64,000 nt of DNA, from contig MU058650.1 of assembly GCA_013265495.1 (NCBI GenBank), forward strand, positions 1,182,267-1,246,266, read 5' to 3'. Under the pieces are notes generated by a model, which was not told where the DNA came from, made no database searches, and worked only from the letters and a program-made list of their open reading frames with translations. The stretch's first letter is position 1, and each line of letters begins with the position of its first letter. This document shows, piece by piece, positions 41,197-54,405 of the stretch. Both the position numbers and the translations under genes were made by a program. Origin of the DNA: Vicugna vicugna. Its lineage: Eukaryota.

Positions 41197-41981
41197 TTTT
41201 TTTTTTTTTTGCGTATTAAACAGGTACCACCCTGTACCTTTTTTTTATCCATTTCCTTTTTTTTTTTAACATTTCTTATTTATTTATAATCATTTTACAA
41301 TGTCGTGTCAAATTCTAGTGTATAGCACAATTTTTCAGTTATACTTGAACATATATATATTCATTGTCACATTGTTTTCTCTGTGAGCTACCATAAGATC
41401 TTGTATATATTTCCCTGTGCTATACAGTATAATCTTGTTTATCTATTCTACATTTTGAAATCCCAGTCTATTCCTTCCCACACCCCACCCCCTTGGCAAC
41501 CACAAGTTTGTATTCTATGTCTATGAGTCTATTTCTGTTTTGTATTTATGCTTTGTTTTTAGATTCCACATATGTATTATTTCTTCTCTTTCCGCCTTAC
41601 TTCACTTAGAATGACATTCTCCAGGGACATCTATGTTGCTGCAGATGGCGATATGTTGTCATTTTTCTGGCTGAATAGTATTTCATTGTATAAATATACC
41701 ACTTCTTCTTTATCCAGTCATCTGTTGATGGACATTTAGGCTGTTTCCATGTCTTGGCTATTGTAAATAGTGCTGCTATGAACATTGGGGTGCAGGTGTC
41801 ATTGTGAAGTAGGGTTCCTTCTGGATATAAGCCCAGGAGTGGGATTCCTGGGTCATATGGTAAGACTATTCCTAGTCTTTTGAGGAATCTCCATATTGTT
41901 TTCCACAGTGGCTGCCCCAAACTGCATTCCCACGAGCAGTGAAGGAGAGTTCGCTTTTCTTCACAGCCTCTCCAGCATTTG
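41197..41981 (-). mobile_element. Young L1 3' fragment with 3' transduced tag
   Basis: ORF2 C-terminus and 3'UTR; perfect 19-bp TSD TTGAAATGGTCTGATTCTT (41178-41196 and 41982-42000). Confidence 0.95.
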
Positions 41982-42264
41982 TTGAAATGGTCTGATTCTT
42001 AAGAGCCAGGGAAGAATGCTTTCGTAGGACAATCAGAAGATGACACAGCTCTTGGCGATTGCTGGCAGTCACCAGCAGCCTCTGAGCAGATGGACAGGGG
42101 CTCAAATCAGCACAGGCCATCATGTCTGCACAGCAGCACTGGGATGTTGGCACCAGGAACAGTGAGTGCTCGTGCCTGTGCGGTAAGGACTGTAGGTCAA
42201 AGGACTGGACTTCTTAGTCACTTATATATAAAATGACCATCAGCATTGTTTTTTAAAAGATTTT

Positions 42265-44170
42265 TTGGCAACAGCTTTATTGACATACACTTCATATACC
42301 ATAAAATACTCATTTAAGACACACAGTTAAATAGTTTTTAGTGTACTCAAAGTGCAACCATCACCAAAGTCAGTTTTAGAATATTTTTGTCACCTCAAAA
42401 AAGAAATTCCTGTACCCCGTAGCAGTTACTCTCAACGTACCTCCCCACTCCACACCACCGGAGCCCTAAACAACTTCTCATCTATTTTGTGTATTTGCCT
42501 ATGCTGGACATTTCATACAAATGGAATCCTATAATATATGTCTTGTATGATTGGCTTCTTCCAATTAGCATGTTTCTAAGGTAGTATCATCATTTTAATA
42601 AAAGTGTCCCCATTATGTAATAAATACTAGCTCATTGTATAAAATTTGGAAAATACAGAAAAATAGAAAGATGAGAGAAAAATCATTTTAGACCCATCAC
42701 CTGAAAACAACTATTTCAATATTTAATATATTTCCTCTTAGTAATCGTGTCAAAAGAAAAAAATCTAATAATAGAGATACATAAAGTAAAAAGTGAGAGC
42801 CTCCTTTTACCTTGTCCCAATTTCATTCTTCTTGGAGAGAAAAGTCACTGTTCACAATTATATATGTATCCTTCACGCCTTTTTCTTACGTGTTTTACAC
42901 ATACAGTGCTCACTTTATATACTGCAGGAGGGACTACACAAATAAGATCAGTTTATGATATTATTCTGTAACTTGTTTTTTGCACATAATAAGGTTCTTG
43001 GAAATCACTTCCATATTGACATATATTTTCTCTTTGACATCTTCAAAGAGTGCCATAATATAGAGGGAAATATCAGAAACACTTTCAGTAATAATTTGTA
43101 TTGTATTGTTTCCAATTTTTTGCTACTATAAATAATGTTACAATGAACATATTAGTGAACGTATTTTGGCACGAATGTGTAATTTTGTGTGATGGATTCC
43201 TCAACGTGTGTTTGCTGGGTCAAAAGGCAAAATTGCACATTTTTCAGTAGCTGTTGCCAAATTTTATTTTAAAAGAGGTCAGTGGGGGGAGGGGAACGGT
43301 ATAGCTCAAGTGGTCTAGTTCATGTTTAGCATGACAGAGGCCCCAGGCTCAATCCCCAGGACCCCCTCTAAAAAAATTAAATAAATAAAATAGTAAACTG
43401 AACCGTCCCCAAATAAACAACAATAACAAAGAATTCTCAGTCTGGTTAAAAAAAAAAAAGTAATAGCTCTTAATGGTATTCTCAAAAAGAGTAAATAAAA
43501 CACTTGTTTCCCTCAGATCCCCATTAATACCAAATAATGGCAAAATTTTGACATAAAATGGGCAAAATTTTTTCTCATTTTAATTTGCATGTTTCTGTTC
43601 TTCTGAGGCTGAGCAGCTTTCATAAATTTATAGATCATTTGTTTTTTCTTTGGTGAATTGCCTACTAGTATCCTTTTCCAATTGGACTGTTAGAATTTTT
43701 CTTACTATTTTTTAGGAGAACTTTCTATAGTATGGCTAGAAATTATTTGTCTTACATGTTAAAATTATTTTCTTCTAGCTTGTTCCAACTTGCTTATGTT
43801 ATCTTTCGTTGTAAAATTTTCATTTCCCTTTGTGGTTTTTAGGATTTCCATCTTGATTAGAAATTTCTTCCCTAGCCAAAAGTTATAAAACATTCTCACA
43901 TATTTTGCTTTTTCCGTTGACATTTTTATGTTTCGGAACTTACTTACACATGCCATGATGTGGGGGTTCTTTCTGAGTAAGTAGCCCGTTTTTCCAATGT
44001 CATTTCTTCTTTTCTTCAAGCATTCCAATGGCTCTCTTTATGACAGATTTACAGTTCTGTGTTTTGGGACTGTCTGTGTCTATACAGAATCTGTTTCCAA
44101 CTTCAGTTCCACTGATTATTAGTCTATTGATGAGCTAATACCACATTTTCATTTACTGAAGTTTTAAAAG
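42265..44170 (-). mobile_element. Ancient L1M/L1ME 3' fragments
   Basis: Degraded antisense L1 3' text (CAGCTTTATTGA...GGACATTTCATACAAATGGAATC; TTTAATTTGCATGTTTCT). Confidence 0.6.
43284..43430 (+). mobile_element. Vic-1-like SINE
   Basis: GGTATAGCTCAAGTGG...GGCTCAATCCCCAGGACCCCCTCT plus A-rich tail. Confidence 0.82.
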
Positions 44171-44984
44171 ATGGTGTCACAATGGCTAAACCAGTTGCTA
44201 TAAGTAGCTCCCACATTCACCAGCACCCAGACAGTGGTCTGTAAATACTGTTTCCCACTGAATAGAACCAGGGCTCTTTGGTGAAATGGCTGATTCTTGG
44301 TCTGGGGTGGGAAATGAACAAAAGGAGCCTGGGTATCTTGTCACACCAGACGGTAAAAAAAAAAAACAAACTGTCAAAGAATACTATGAACGCAGCCAAA
44401 GGACTTAGACGCACATCTGAAGACGCCAAAGCTGGGAAAATGTGAGCATCACAACGGGTAACAGTGTAGCAAAATAACATTAAATATTTAAAAATCAATG
44501 AGTTCAAAGTTACAGGAAGACAAACTCAAAATAAATAGTAAAAGAGCCACTCATACTCCTATCCCATGATTCCCAGACCTGTGATTTAGGATACAGGGGA
44601 GACTACAGCATATAATGGTCTCTCATTCAAAGCGTATACTGCATTCTTTAAGACTGAACCCCACCCTTACAGGTTTTGTCTCCTCTACGGCTCTGCAGCT
44701 GAGTCTTTAGTAAGCCGTTTTCAATTAGGCCAGCTGCTTCTGGGTGACGCGGTACATGGTAAGACCAAATAATTCCACAAGCATGAACCCACTGCTGCAT
44801 TCCCTTTGCTGTGGAACTCCTTGATCAGACCCAGTGCTCTGCGGGCACCCCCGGATAAGGCATCCTGTGAGTTCAAGTATGACAGTGAAGCCAAACCACG
44901 CCCAGAAGATGGATCTGTTCCAGCGAGGACAAATCTCTGTCCCTTTCATGATGGAAAAAGTCCGATGTGATTGCCCTGCAATGA

Positions 44985-45500
44985 GCGGCTGATGGGGCCC
45001 CGGTCTAGGGCCCCTCCGAGACCACACCCACTCGCAGTGAGTCACGGGATTCACAGGACTCAGCAGACCTACTCAGCTATGATTTATTACAGCGAGGGAG
45101 ACAGAGCAAACTCAGCCAAGGGGAAAGGTGCATGGGGCAAAGTCTGGGGGCAAACAGTCGCGAGACTCCAAGGGTCCTCTCCAGGTGGAATCGAGCGTAA
45201 TCCCCCAGCAACAAGTCGTGACAACATATGTGAAATGTCTATGATGAAAGCTCAGTGAGACTCAGCCCCCAGGGTGTTTACTGGGGCTGAACACATAGGC
45301 AGCCTCTGCCTGGCAAGTATTCCAGAATCCCCGAAGGAAAGCAGATTTTCAGCATAAACCATATTATTTGTACAGCTTAAGCATAACAAGCCACTCCTGG
45401 TTTCAGAGGCTTCCTGAAATCTAAGTTTCCAGATGCCAACCAAGGGCAGGTTTCCCAAAGCGTAGCAGTCAAGCCTGCTATGTTAACTCTTTTCTGCACA
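44985..45500. mobile_element. MER21-like ERV LTR
   Basis: TCACAGGACTCAGCA...GATTTATTACAGCGA...GGGGAAAGGTGCATGGGGCAAAGTC resembles the MER21 consensus. Confidence 0.65.
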
Positions 45501-45939
45501 GACCACCCGCCTCACCACGGGGAGTTAGTGACATGTCAAGGGCTCCCTGTTCGTGTCTTTGGTTGGACATCTATTGGTAGCAGTAGCTGGATCAGCCTTA
45601 GTAAATGGGAGTCCATGCTGTTGGGTCCAAGCACAAAGCAGGGCAAAGGAAGTTGGATTTGGTGCTGGAAGCCATAAATTGGCAAGTGGCAAAGCTGCTC
45701 CAGTCCACTTCCATAAATGTCTGGGGGCAGCTCCTCCAGGATTCCTGTGTACCTCTCCTTCCCCCTTAGAAGGGGAAGCTACTGGAACAAAAGATAAGAA
45801 GTTTCTGCAACTGGTTGCAAGGCCACAACTGATAACTCGCTGTTTTCTTTCTCAGCCATCCATTCTGGACTCCCTCATCCACATCTAGTGTCTCTGCTGG
45901 TTTCACTCATGTGTCTGTGGTTTAATACAGACCCTGGCC

Positions 45940-46628
45940 CCTGGTGGCACCTACGTCCTAAGCCCCAGACGACCCGTGACTGTGTTACCTTATATAGTCA
46001 AAATAGCCAAAGGGACTTTGCAGAGTCCCCCAGCAGATATGTAATTGAGTTAAAGATTGTCAGATGGGGAGATTATCCTGGATTATCCAGATGGGCCCAA
46101 TAGAATTGCAGGGAAAGACGGATACAGGAGAGTCAGAGTCAGAGAAGGAGCTGTGACAATGGAAGCAGAGGAGTGATGCCAATGTTGGAACAGGGCCACG
46201 AGCCAAGGAAAGCAGGTGGCCTCTAGCAGCTGGAAAAGGTGAGGAACAGATTCTCACTTGACAAGTCCAGCCTCTGCAGGTTGGGCCGGGAGGCTGGAGG
46301 CCCGTGGGAGCCAATTTCCAGTTCAAGTCCAAAGGCCACCTGCTACAGAACCAGGAAGAGTCCATGTTGCAGACGAAATCCAAAGGTGGTCTGCAGGAGA
46401 ATTCTCCCTTGCTCAAGGAAAGCTGGTCCCTTTGTTCTCTTCAGGCCTTCAACTGATTCAATCGGTCCCACTCACATTACGGAGGGCAATCTGCTTTATT
46501 CAATGTCCACCAATTTCAATGTTAATCTCATCCAAAAATAACCCTCACAGAAACACCCAGAATAATATTTGACCAGATATCTGGGCACTCGGTGGCTCAG
46601 CCAAGCTGATGCATAACATCAACCATTG
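45940..46628. mobile_element. MLT1-like LTR fragment joined to an MLT2-like LTR fragment
   Basis: GGGGAGATTATCCTGGATTATCCAGATGGGCCC (MLT1); GGGCAATCTGCTTTATTCA...GACCAGATATCTGGGCAC (MLT2). Confidence 0.7.
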
Positions 46629-47922
46629 TAAACACTGTGTCCTATTAATCATCTCTATAACTGTCTGCAGATCTGATCTTCACATATATTATGAAATTGT
46701 GTCCACATGGTTTCAAAAGGTCGTGTTGTGACCTGGCCTCTTTGTTTTAGAGAGCTATCACCCCCATTCTGACTGGGAAGCCCAGCTCTGGAATGGCCTC
46801 CCTTACCATCAGCTCTGGCCTGCAGAGAGGAGCTACACCTGAGCTGCTTAGTGAGCGACACAGGTGCCCGTCTTAACAGGACGTTCACCTGGAGAACGTT
46901 CCACTTTACCTAGTATATCCACTTCCACGTGCTCTCGTCTCTGAGACTTTTAACCCTTTTTTCTACTATGTCATGAGAGTTCTAGCATTTAGAACGTCAT
47001 TTAGTGTGGCTGTTACATTTTCTGTTTCTAGAAGGCATCCTGGGAAAAGTTGGCACCATCACCGGGGTCCTTGCTGGAGTTTTAAATCCAGTATCCTGTG
47101 AAAATGCTCCCAGATCAATAAAATTTCCCCAACCCAACCTTATATTCTGGGCTGCTCGTCAAGCACCTTCAGGAACCAACAGCACGCGTAATCCCCCAGC
47201 CCCTGCCGGCTCATACTTGGCAGTCTTTTGGGATGCAGGCTTTTTCCTGCCTTGTCAGGCCCAGTACATTGTTGACTGGGTTATACTGTGACTCAACCTG
47301 AGTTAAGGCCAAGAAAGGGCACGTGTTGCCTTGTGGGGAAAAAAAATCCATGTCATCAACAAGCCAAGGGAGATAGGGAGGGGGTGGAACTTTCGGCTCA
47401 GAGGGCCCAGGGGAACCTGGTAATTATGATTTTCTGGGTCATCAGCCTAGGTGACTTCACTCCATGTGTCCATCCTTTCTCAGTTGCGGCCCTGACCTTG
47501 GGGTAGAAGGCCTGTCTTGTAGGGGGGTTAACTCTCTTTGAGACTCCTTTCCTCTGAGGATTAAGTCCTGGGCCCGGTCCTTGGCTGTCCCTGTCCTCCC
47601 ACTGGAGGAGACGAAAGCCTCGTAAGTTATCAGGGAGCCTTCTGGATGTCACACTGTTTCCAGTTGGCCAGTTACTGCTCACAGGTTTTCATTATCTTTT
47701 TCTCGTACTAAGTGATAGCCACCCAGGACCACTGTCCTTGTACTTACTGTGGTGACCCCATGTGGTGAGCACACGTTCCTCAGATGCCTTACGTATCGCA
47801 CCAGCTAACGCATTCTCTTCTGCCATAACGCAGACACTTCACTGCTGGGGCAGGTTTTAACCTTTGATGGTCTCCTTGTCATACTAGTAAGAAGTGATTC
47901 AGTTCCAAAACCTCATTTTACT

Positions 47923-48060
47923 GGGGGGAGGGTATGGCTCAAGTGGTAGAGCACGTGCTTGGTGCACGAGGTCCTGGGTTCAATCCCCGGGACCTCCATT
48001 AAATAAACAAACAAATAACTCTAATTACCACCCCCCCCAAAAACCAAAAACAACAAAAAA
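47923..48060 (+). mobile_element. Vic-1-like SINE
   Basis: Full head; flanking repeat CAAAAC(C/T)TCATTTT at ~47906 and 48061. Confidence 0.88.
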
Positions 48061-48689
48061 CAAAACTTCATTTTGGTTGCTCTTTTATTGAAAGCCTCCT
48101 GGTAACAGCTGTCATAGGATGGGTTTCCTAGGAAGCTGACTCTGAGACAGTTAGGGTGAGATGTTGAGCCTTTATTCCTGTTTGGTTGATAAGTTGCCCG
48201 AGACGGGGCCTTCCAGAAGAGGTGTGGCCTGGCGTGTGGCTTTGGGTGAGGTGGCTCTGCGGCTGGGACAAGTCCGGAGAGAACTGACAGCTGGATGTTG
48301 CCCGTGGATAGCAGAGCTGAGGCAATAAGCCCTTCACAGAAGGGGGTCAGGATGGGGCATCTCAGTGTCCACCACAGAAATCTGTAAGTTAAAAGAGACT
48401 TCAGGGATCTATCAACCAAATGTATTACATTGACCATATGATCCTGGTTTAACCGTAAAAAAGAATTTGGTGACAATCAGGGAAACCTGAATAGTAAACA
48501 ATGAGATTAAGACATCACTGCCTTAATGTTGATTTTTAGGTGTGATAATGGTATTATAGCCTGGTTTTTAAATGAGCCCTTATGTTTTAGAGATACACAC
48601 TGAAGTGATTATGGATGAAATGATAGGGCATCAGAGATTTGCTTCAAAATGATAGATTAGAAGTAAATTGGAGTGATTATGAGTTGTTT

Positions 48690-49195
48690 CTATGGATGGA
48701 AGACAAAGGAATGCCTCCGCCACCCCTCAGATGTTCATGCCCTAATCTCCACAACCTGTGAATATGTTACCTTACGTGGCAAAAAGAATTTTGCAGGTGT
48801 GATTAAGTTAAGGAGCTTGAGAAGGAAAGAGCACCCTGCATTACCCAGGTGGGCCCCACTGTAATCACAAGAATCCTTATAAGAGGGAGGCAAGAGGGTC
48901 CAAGTCAAACAAAGAAGACTCGGTGACAACAGAAGCAGAGTCGGAGAGAGAAGACGCTATGCTGCTGGCTTAGAAGTTGGAGGAGAGAGCCGCCAGCTAG
49001 GAAAGCTGGCAGCCACCAGATGATGGAAAAGGTAAGAAACAGATTCTTTCCTGAAAACCTCAGAAGAAATGCCAGCCCTTCCAACACCTCGATTGTAGAC
49101 TTCTGATCTCCAGAACGGTAAGAAAATTAATTTGCCTTGTTTGAAGCCACTAAATTTATGGTAACTTGTTACAGCAGCAACAGGAATCTAATACA
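48690..49195 (+). mobile_element. MaLR MLT1D-like solo LTR
   Basis: ACCTGTGAATATGTTACCTTACGTGGCAAAAAG...AAGCCACTAAATTTATGGTAACTTGTTACAGCAGCAACAGGAATCTAATACA. Confidence 0.8.
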
Positions 49196-52100
49196 TTATG
49201 TGTATGGAGTTTCATTGTGCTGTTTTTTCTACTTTTATGAAACTTTCTTTAATAAAAAGTTAAAAAAAACACCCAGCATTGAAAAAGTACTGTGGGTTGA
49301 TGTGTAGTTGCACAAGCCCTCTTTTCTTTAAATTATTTTTTGGTGTTCTTCCACATTTTTATCTCAGATACATTTTTAATTGGCTTGTCAAGTTTTTATT
49401 AAAAAAGATTATATATTTTGCTGTAATTTTACTGAATATACAAATCAATTTGGGGAAAATCGTATCAAAGAGAACTGTCACAGGATGTCCCTGCTAGTGC
49501 AAGCTGATTCTTGTGCATTCTAGTGGGTAGATTCCAGGCTCTGGTCCCTTCTAGGCTGCAAGAGTTGAAGGAGGTTTGTAGTTCTCTAGCTGCTCCACCT
49601 ACAACTAAGTAGGGAAGTTCTATTCAGAGGGAAGAGAAGAAAAAACAACTCTCGCTCTCCCTTTCGAGACGTATTCTCCAGGATAGCTTTACCACCATGA
49701 TTTAAATATTTTAAGCCCCGTTTGTCCCCTTATGTTCTCAACTGGCCCCTAATTAGCATCTCTAAGTACATGTATTCTCTGAAATCACTAATACGTTGCT
49801 GTAGGTTCTCAACTAAGTGATGGAGCTGAAGATTCCAAGCGGAGTTGATATGAACATTTTGAAGCAAGCCCTGGAGACTAACAAAATAAAACAAAAAAAA
49901 GTGAGGGGGCAGAAGTGAAGGCTGATGGAAGAAGTGGCAAAATTAGTATTAATATTGATTAATTAATTATTATTAATATTAATATTGATATGATCTCATT
50001 GCCTAGATTTGTGATGCCTGGGGATATGTTCTTTTTATAAGTACTAAGTTACTAAGCAAAAATACAGCAGGACGCATCTGTTGTCCTATAATTACTAGGT
50101 TGCTTTGACACAGCAAAAATACTGTGACAATTCACTTCAGATTTAATTAAATTAAAAAACTGAGTTTCATGTAGAAGATAACCTTCTAAATTCCATTACT
50201 ACAGTGTTACTTTCATAGTCTCTCCTTATCTTGTAAATTGTCTAAACTGAGAATTTTAAAATAAGGATTTTAAAAGACAGTAGCTTGAACTAAAAGTACT
50301 ATAGGATTTAAAAGTGAAACTCTAATTAGTTGAAGTTTGCAAGTGATCGCATGAATGACGTGTTAACAATTGGCCAACAACCTTTTTGCTGCTTAGCACT
50401 AATCAGGCAAGATAAAGGCTTTTTTGTTTCTATTATTGGAAAAGTGAATGTGTAATTATAGACAATAAAACAGATGTTACAAGTGTTGGGGTGCAATTAT
50501 GTGTGTTCCTTTCAGGGTCTTTTAAATCACCCTTGAGCCAAAAAGTCAATGGGACCCCGGATGGCCGCTCCTGCCACTGTAGCTAACTGACGTACCACGG
50601 GGGGAGCTAGTGAGATGCAGTTTTGAACACTTCCACCGCAGTGGCCGCAAGCCCAACAGTGGTCGCTGGAGGGTACCAGAGCGCAAGGTTAAGGATCCCG
50701 GAGTTAAAACCTCTGACTTGCCTTCTGATGTACCACTGGGCCTGGAGTTCATGTGCTGGTCTTCTTTGCTCCCCACTGCTGCTTCCAAATCCTCCTCTTC
50801 CCCTGTGCCCTAAAAGCACTCAGCTTTAAGTCCGGTGTCAGTGGACTATCTCCATCCAGTCACCCTCCTTGTCACAATTGTGTACTGACCCCTGTCCCCC
50901 GGTCATTCTCCTTCATTCCTTAATTTACATCCTGACTCACTATCATTCTCTCCAACATGACTCCTCTCATAATTCTTGGCGATTTCAATATCCACAGAAG
51001 ATTTATTAGTAACCTAGTGTTTTAGTAAGGTTTCTTCGGAAGGTAGACCCTGAAATAAGGGCTTGGGAGATAACCCGGGAAGCAGGAACCAGGGAGCAAG
51101 GAGAATAGGATATAGGGAAAGAGGAAAAGCCTCTGTAAAGGTGTGGCTTCAAGGTCACTACCGTGAAAAAAAAAAGGGAGGGGGGACTCAAGTCCAATGA
51201 GACCTCTGGGAAGCATCCTGAGTGTCCCACAAAAGCGTCCGTCTAAGGACTGGAGGCTGGGGTGCTTACTCACAGGCTTCCAACCCTGCTGGTTGGAGGT
51301 GGTTCCCTGAAGCTTACCTTCCCCATCCTTGCTGTACTTTGTACTTGTTTGTGAACCTAGCGGGCTCCTGGGCTTTAAGAGAAGACCTTGAGTCGGAAGC
51401 AGAAGGAGGGGGCCCTTTTTAGGTGGGAAGATGTCAGGGGAAGTCTGAAAGGTCTTCTACCATAGCTGCTGCTGAAACCAGAAGTAGGTCAAGGAGATAT
51501 GACTAGGACATCGAAAAAGCACCTGGGGTGCCTGGCTTCTTGGCTCCGCTGACCTCTAGCTCTCCAGCGGCCCCGTCCTCTACCCTACTCCAACCATTCT
51601 CTCCCATGATCATAGGTGAGCCCTTTTCATTGCCAATAACTGCAACCAATAACAGCCTAAGCTCAGTTTCACCCTCAGCCACCTCCTCCTCTCAGCTTGG
51701 TCCCTCCTGTATCTTGACGCCAACAATCCTCACATGCTTACCCAGACCTCAGTACTTTGATCCTCTTATCTTTCCACTGTTCTTCACCCTCCAGATTCAG
51801 GTTTAATCCCATGGTCAACCATCATACTCCTTTACATCTATGCTCACTCCAGCCTAGGTTACAGCTTATTCTGTACCTATTCAGCGTCTGTGCCTGAGCA
51901 GCTGAATGTGGCTTTAGAACCAAACAGGTCTTGCCACTCATGAGCCGTGAAACCTTCAGCACATTGCCTAACCCTGCTGAGTCTTAATTTCCTTAGCTAT
52001 GCGGAGTGGTCTCAACCAAAATTCAGGACCACTGCTCTCTAGTGGGTCCTTGGGGCTACCTAGAAATCCTAATGCATTTCCCTAGCCCTTCACCTTCTCC

Positions 52101-52689
52101 ACTGAAAATAATTATTTCCTATTCTCTTTTCTTCTTAAACCTCACAACATCCTATCAGCTGGCTTCCAACTTCAGCCAGAGAGGAGAAGCAGTCAGAAGA
52201 GAACTCTCACTTCCAACAGCCCGTCCACTGTTTTGCATCCATCCTGCTGCTACGTGTGACTCCCGTCTCTCCATTTGTGCACTACGTGCCATCTGCTCTC
52301 CTCATCAAGAAAATGATTCTGAAAATTTCCCCCTTCTATCTTCTGCATTGTTTTTGTAACTGCATCATTCCCATCAGCTACTTTTGATGATTTCTCTCCA
52401 AAGATGTAAAGTTTAAGTGATGCTTAAGGTCTCCACAAGGAGGGATTAAACTCCAGCATTTAATATATTCATCTATGTAAAGTGCATAGAACGGTGCCTG
52501 GCATGTAGTAAGCAGTTTACATGTATTAGGTCTTATTACATTTATTGAGGGCTCACACGTGTAACACACTATACTACACTGCACCTTATATACACTGTCA
52601 TATTTAATCCTTACAATAACTATGATGGAGATGCTGTTTTTATCCTAATATTACAGACAAGGCAACTAAGACTCAGCAGGGTTAGTAAT

Positions 52690-52937
52690 GCACAAGATAT
52701 TGACTATAATTCCCTGTGCTACACAGTAGAAATGTGTTGTCTATGTTATATATAGTAGTTAGTATCTGCAAATTTCAAACTCCCAATTTATCCCTTCCTA
52801 GCCCTTTTTCCCCCTGGTAACCATAAATTTGTTCTCTATGTCTGTAAATCTGTTTCTGTTTTGTAAGTTCATTTGTGTCTATTTTTAAGATTCCACATAT
52901 AAGCGATATCATATGATATTTTTCTTTCTCTTTCTGG
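52690..52937 (-). mobile_element. L1 3'UTR fragment
   Basis: ACAAGATATTGACTATA...GATTCCACATATAAGCGATATCAT, homologous to the other L1 3'UTRs here. Confidence 0.8.
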
Positions 52938-53003
52938 TGAAGCACATGCACTTAGCAGTATACAAGGGTTCTCAACCATTAGTATGTATAAACATTTTCA
53001 GCA

Positions 53004-53131
53004 GGGGAGGATATAGCTCAGTAGTAGAGTGTGTGCTTAGCATGCACAATTTCCTAGGTTCAATCCCCATTGCCTCCATTAAAAATTTAAAAAAAAAAAG
53101 AATATAATCACTTCCCCCTAAAAAATGAACA
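53004..53131 (+). mobile_element. Vic-1-like SINE
   Basis: GGGGAGGATATAGCTCAGTAGTAGAG...GGTTCAATCCCC; flanking AAACA(T/A)TTTCA repeat. Confidence 0.86.
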
Positions 53132-54014
53132 AAACAATTTCAATAAGGTTGTGGATTAATCTTTCTCTGAAACTTAAAAATAAAATTAACTCCTCTGATC
53201 AAAGGGATTGGTCAATACTTTAAGATAGACACCCCAAAAAGATAGCTGTGAATTTCTTTTCTCTGATGAATAAAAATGAAATTCAATAATGATTTTTTTA
53301 AAAAGCCCAAATTAGCAAAGCACTAACTGATTTATACGATTTACACAGAAGATAGTCATGATAAGTGGAGATAAACATTTTTCTCACAAGGAATATATAG
53401 AACTTGATTTTAAAATAATAAAGTAATTATTGGAAAGAATAATCTTTCATTTCCTCAAATTAGGTCTATTCTCTCTAATGTATCATTTGGTAACATTACA
53501 ACAGCACATGGACACTAATTCTTCCACCTGCCCCAACCCAAATCTACTGCATAGGGAATGAACTAAAGAAGCGTATTTAGGGATCCATCGAAGTTACCTT
53601 TGCTTGTAATAAGGTGATGGCAGTGATTACAGAGAGAAATGGACAGAGTCAAATTATGTTTTGGAAACAGAATGGAGGGGATTTGCTGATGCATTGGTTG
53701 TGGGAAGTAGGGGAAAGGAGAAAGGTTTTGGACGTCAACAGCTGGGTGGAGAGTGGTTTAAAACTGGGATGAGAAGCCTCGGGAAGGTGAGAGAGAAATA
53801 CATTTGGACCAGGGAAAGGCGTGGAAATGGCTGTTAAAGAAGAGAGAAGATCAGAAGTCATGCTTTACACATTGTCAAAGGTAAAACACCAAGTCAGGAA
53901 GCTGATTTTACCCAGGCGATTGCAATGGGGACAGCACCCCAAATCCAAACACCAGAGGTAGGTCCTTAGGTGATTCTGTCTGGAAGAACGACCAAGTTAC
54001 AGGCAGGGTGGTTC

Positions 54015-54405
54015 TGTAACTAAGCAGGACCCCATGGGCCTTCCCGGGACAGACCCCTCCCCTACGTCCTCTGCTGTAGCTCCTCTCTGAAGGACCCAGA
54101 TAACAGTGTCCGATGCACATTTCCTGAGTTGTTTTACAGATATGAAAATCCCCCAACAAATGGAATTTGATGAGCATGAGCACACAGCCCCCAGGCTTAT
54201 TGGAACCTAAGGACTGATAATGTTAACCCCTGGGACACTGCCCTATTATCTCACCATCAACCAACCAGAGAACTGTGCACAAGCTGATCGCTTACCCTGG
54301 GATGGCCCTCCCTCACCTTGTTGAAAATGCTTTGCTGAAACCCATCTAGGAGTTCAGGTTTTTGGAGCACTAGCTGTCTTGGACTCCTTGCTTGGGGCCC
54401 TGAAG
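54015..54405 (+). mobile_element. ERV1-type LTR
   Basis: TG start; AAGGACTGATAATGTTAACCC...ACCATCAACCA...GCTGATC...CTTTGCTGAAACCC typical of laurasiatherian ERV LTRs; family not assigned. Confidence 0.55.

Noticed and set aside
49941..49990. AT-only quasi-palindromic tract
   Set aside because: Short, imperfect low-complexity sequence; no supportable function.
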